A DNA stretch of 16,000 nucleotides from Candidatus Krumholzibacteriia bacterium (GTDB lineage: Bacteria; Krumholzibacteriota; Krumholzibacteriia; LZORAL124-64-63). The notes below the pieces were generated by a model. It was not told the DNA's origin and searched no databases. It worked only from the letters and a program-made list of their open reading frames with translations. The stretch covers positions 1 to 16,000 of the forward strand of contig JAZBOO010000191.1 in the NCBI GenBank assembly GCA_036351155.1, in the 5' to 3' direction. Made by a program: the position numbers and the translations under genes. Shown piece after piece: positions 15,417-16,000 of this stretch (the first letter of the stretch is position 1; each line of letters begins with the position of its first letter).

Positions 15417-16000
15417 ATGGACTTCAGCAAGCCCTTTGATCCTCTTTGTGTCAGCCCGCAACGACTTGCCACGGTATTAGGGCTGCTCACCGCCCTCCTT
15501 TTCACGTTCTCCTCCTCGGTGGCGTGTACCAACTTCCTGGTTTCGAGCGAGGCCTCGGAAGACGGTTCGACCATGATCACCTACACGGCGGATTCTCACA
15601 GCTTCTACGGTGAGCTGTATTACCGTCCGCCGGGGAAGCACGCGCCGGGAACTGTGATCCCGATATATGAGTGGGACACGGGCAAGTACCTTGGCGATAT
15701 CGAACAGGCGCCTGTGACCTACTCGGTCGTGGGCAACATGAACGAGCATCAGGTCACGATCGGCGAGACCACCTTCGGCGGCCGTGACCTGCGGGATCCG
15801 GACGCCATCCTGGACTACGGCAGTCTCATCTACGTCACGTTGCAGCGCGCCCGTACCGCGCGCGAGGCGATCCAGATCATGGCCTCCCTGACCGAGACCT
15901 ACGGCTATTACAGCAAGGGGGAAACTTTCTCGATCGGTGATCCCGATGAGGTCTGGATCATGGACCTGATCGGCAAGGGAACCCACGAGCGAGGCGCTGT
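15417..16000 (+). CDS. Secreted C69-family dipeptidase (Ntn-hydrolase), partial, continues off the right edge
   Basis: Manual translation: MDFSKP...LATVLGLLTALLFTFSSSVA|CTNFLVSSEASEDGSTMITYTADSH...GNMNEHQVTIGETTFGGR...DYGSLIYVTLQRARTAREAI...YGYYSKGETFSIGDPDEVWIMDLIGKG. The catalytic Cys follows the signal peptide directly; SD GGGAG at 15403-15407. Confidence 0.92.
   Translation, partial: MDFSKPFDPLCVSPQRLATVLGLLTALLFTFSSSVACTNFLVSSEASEDGSTMITYTADSHSFYGELYYRPPGKHAPGTVIPIYEWDTGKYLGDIEQAPVTYSVVGNMNEHQVTIGETTFGGRDLRDPDAILDYGSLIYVTLQRARTAREAIQIMASLTETYGYYSKGETFSIGDPDEVWIMDLIGKGTHERGA

Noticed and set aside
15477..15986. 169-aa minus-strand ORF
   Set aside because: It is antisense to the C69 dipeptidase, which the track missed because its stop is outside the window.

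Overview
GC-rich bacterial chromosomal window, mostly housekeeping and accessory genes, with no integrase, transposase or CRISPR array. From left to right: a partial HutH/aromatic amino-acid ammonia-lyase (minus strand, not in the ORF track); a stand-alone gmd; and an anaerobe-type 'orange protein'-like cluster. That cluster is a DUF134-DUF5320 fusion transcribed divergently from a translationally coupled NifB/NifX - COG1149 ATPase - COG1149 ATPase - NifB/NifX operon, with a perfect 14-bp palindrome on two overlapping opposed sigma70-like promoters. Next come an RNase Z-like MBL hydrolase coupled to a secreted alpha/beta-hydrolase, a secreted TPR protein, a secreted peptidase-MA-like protein, gltX, a holin-like/phosphodiesterase fusion, tRNA-Gln(CTG) and tRNA-Glu(CTC), an orphan lipoprotein, and a partial C69 dipeptidase (not in the ORF track). 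The main points of interest are the candidate DUF134 operator and bidirectional switch, the fusion with a retained internal ribosome-binding site, and three exported proteins whose hydrolase folds seem to lack their catalytic residues. Family assignments come from recognising motifs by eye; no database search was run.
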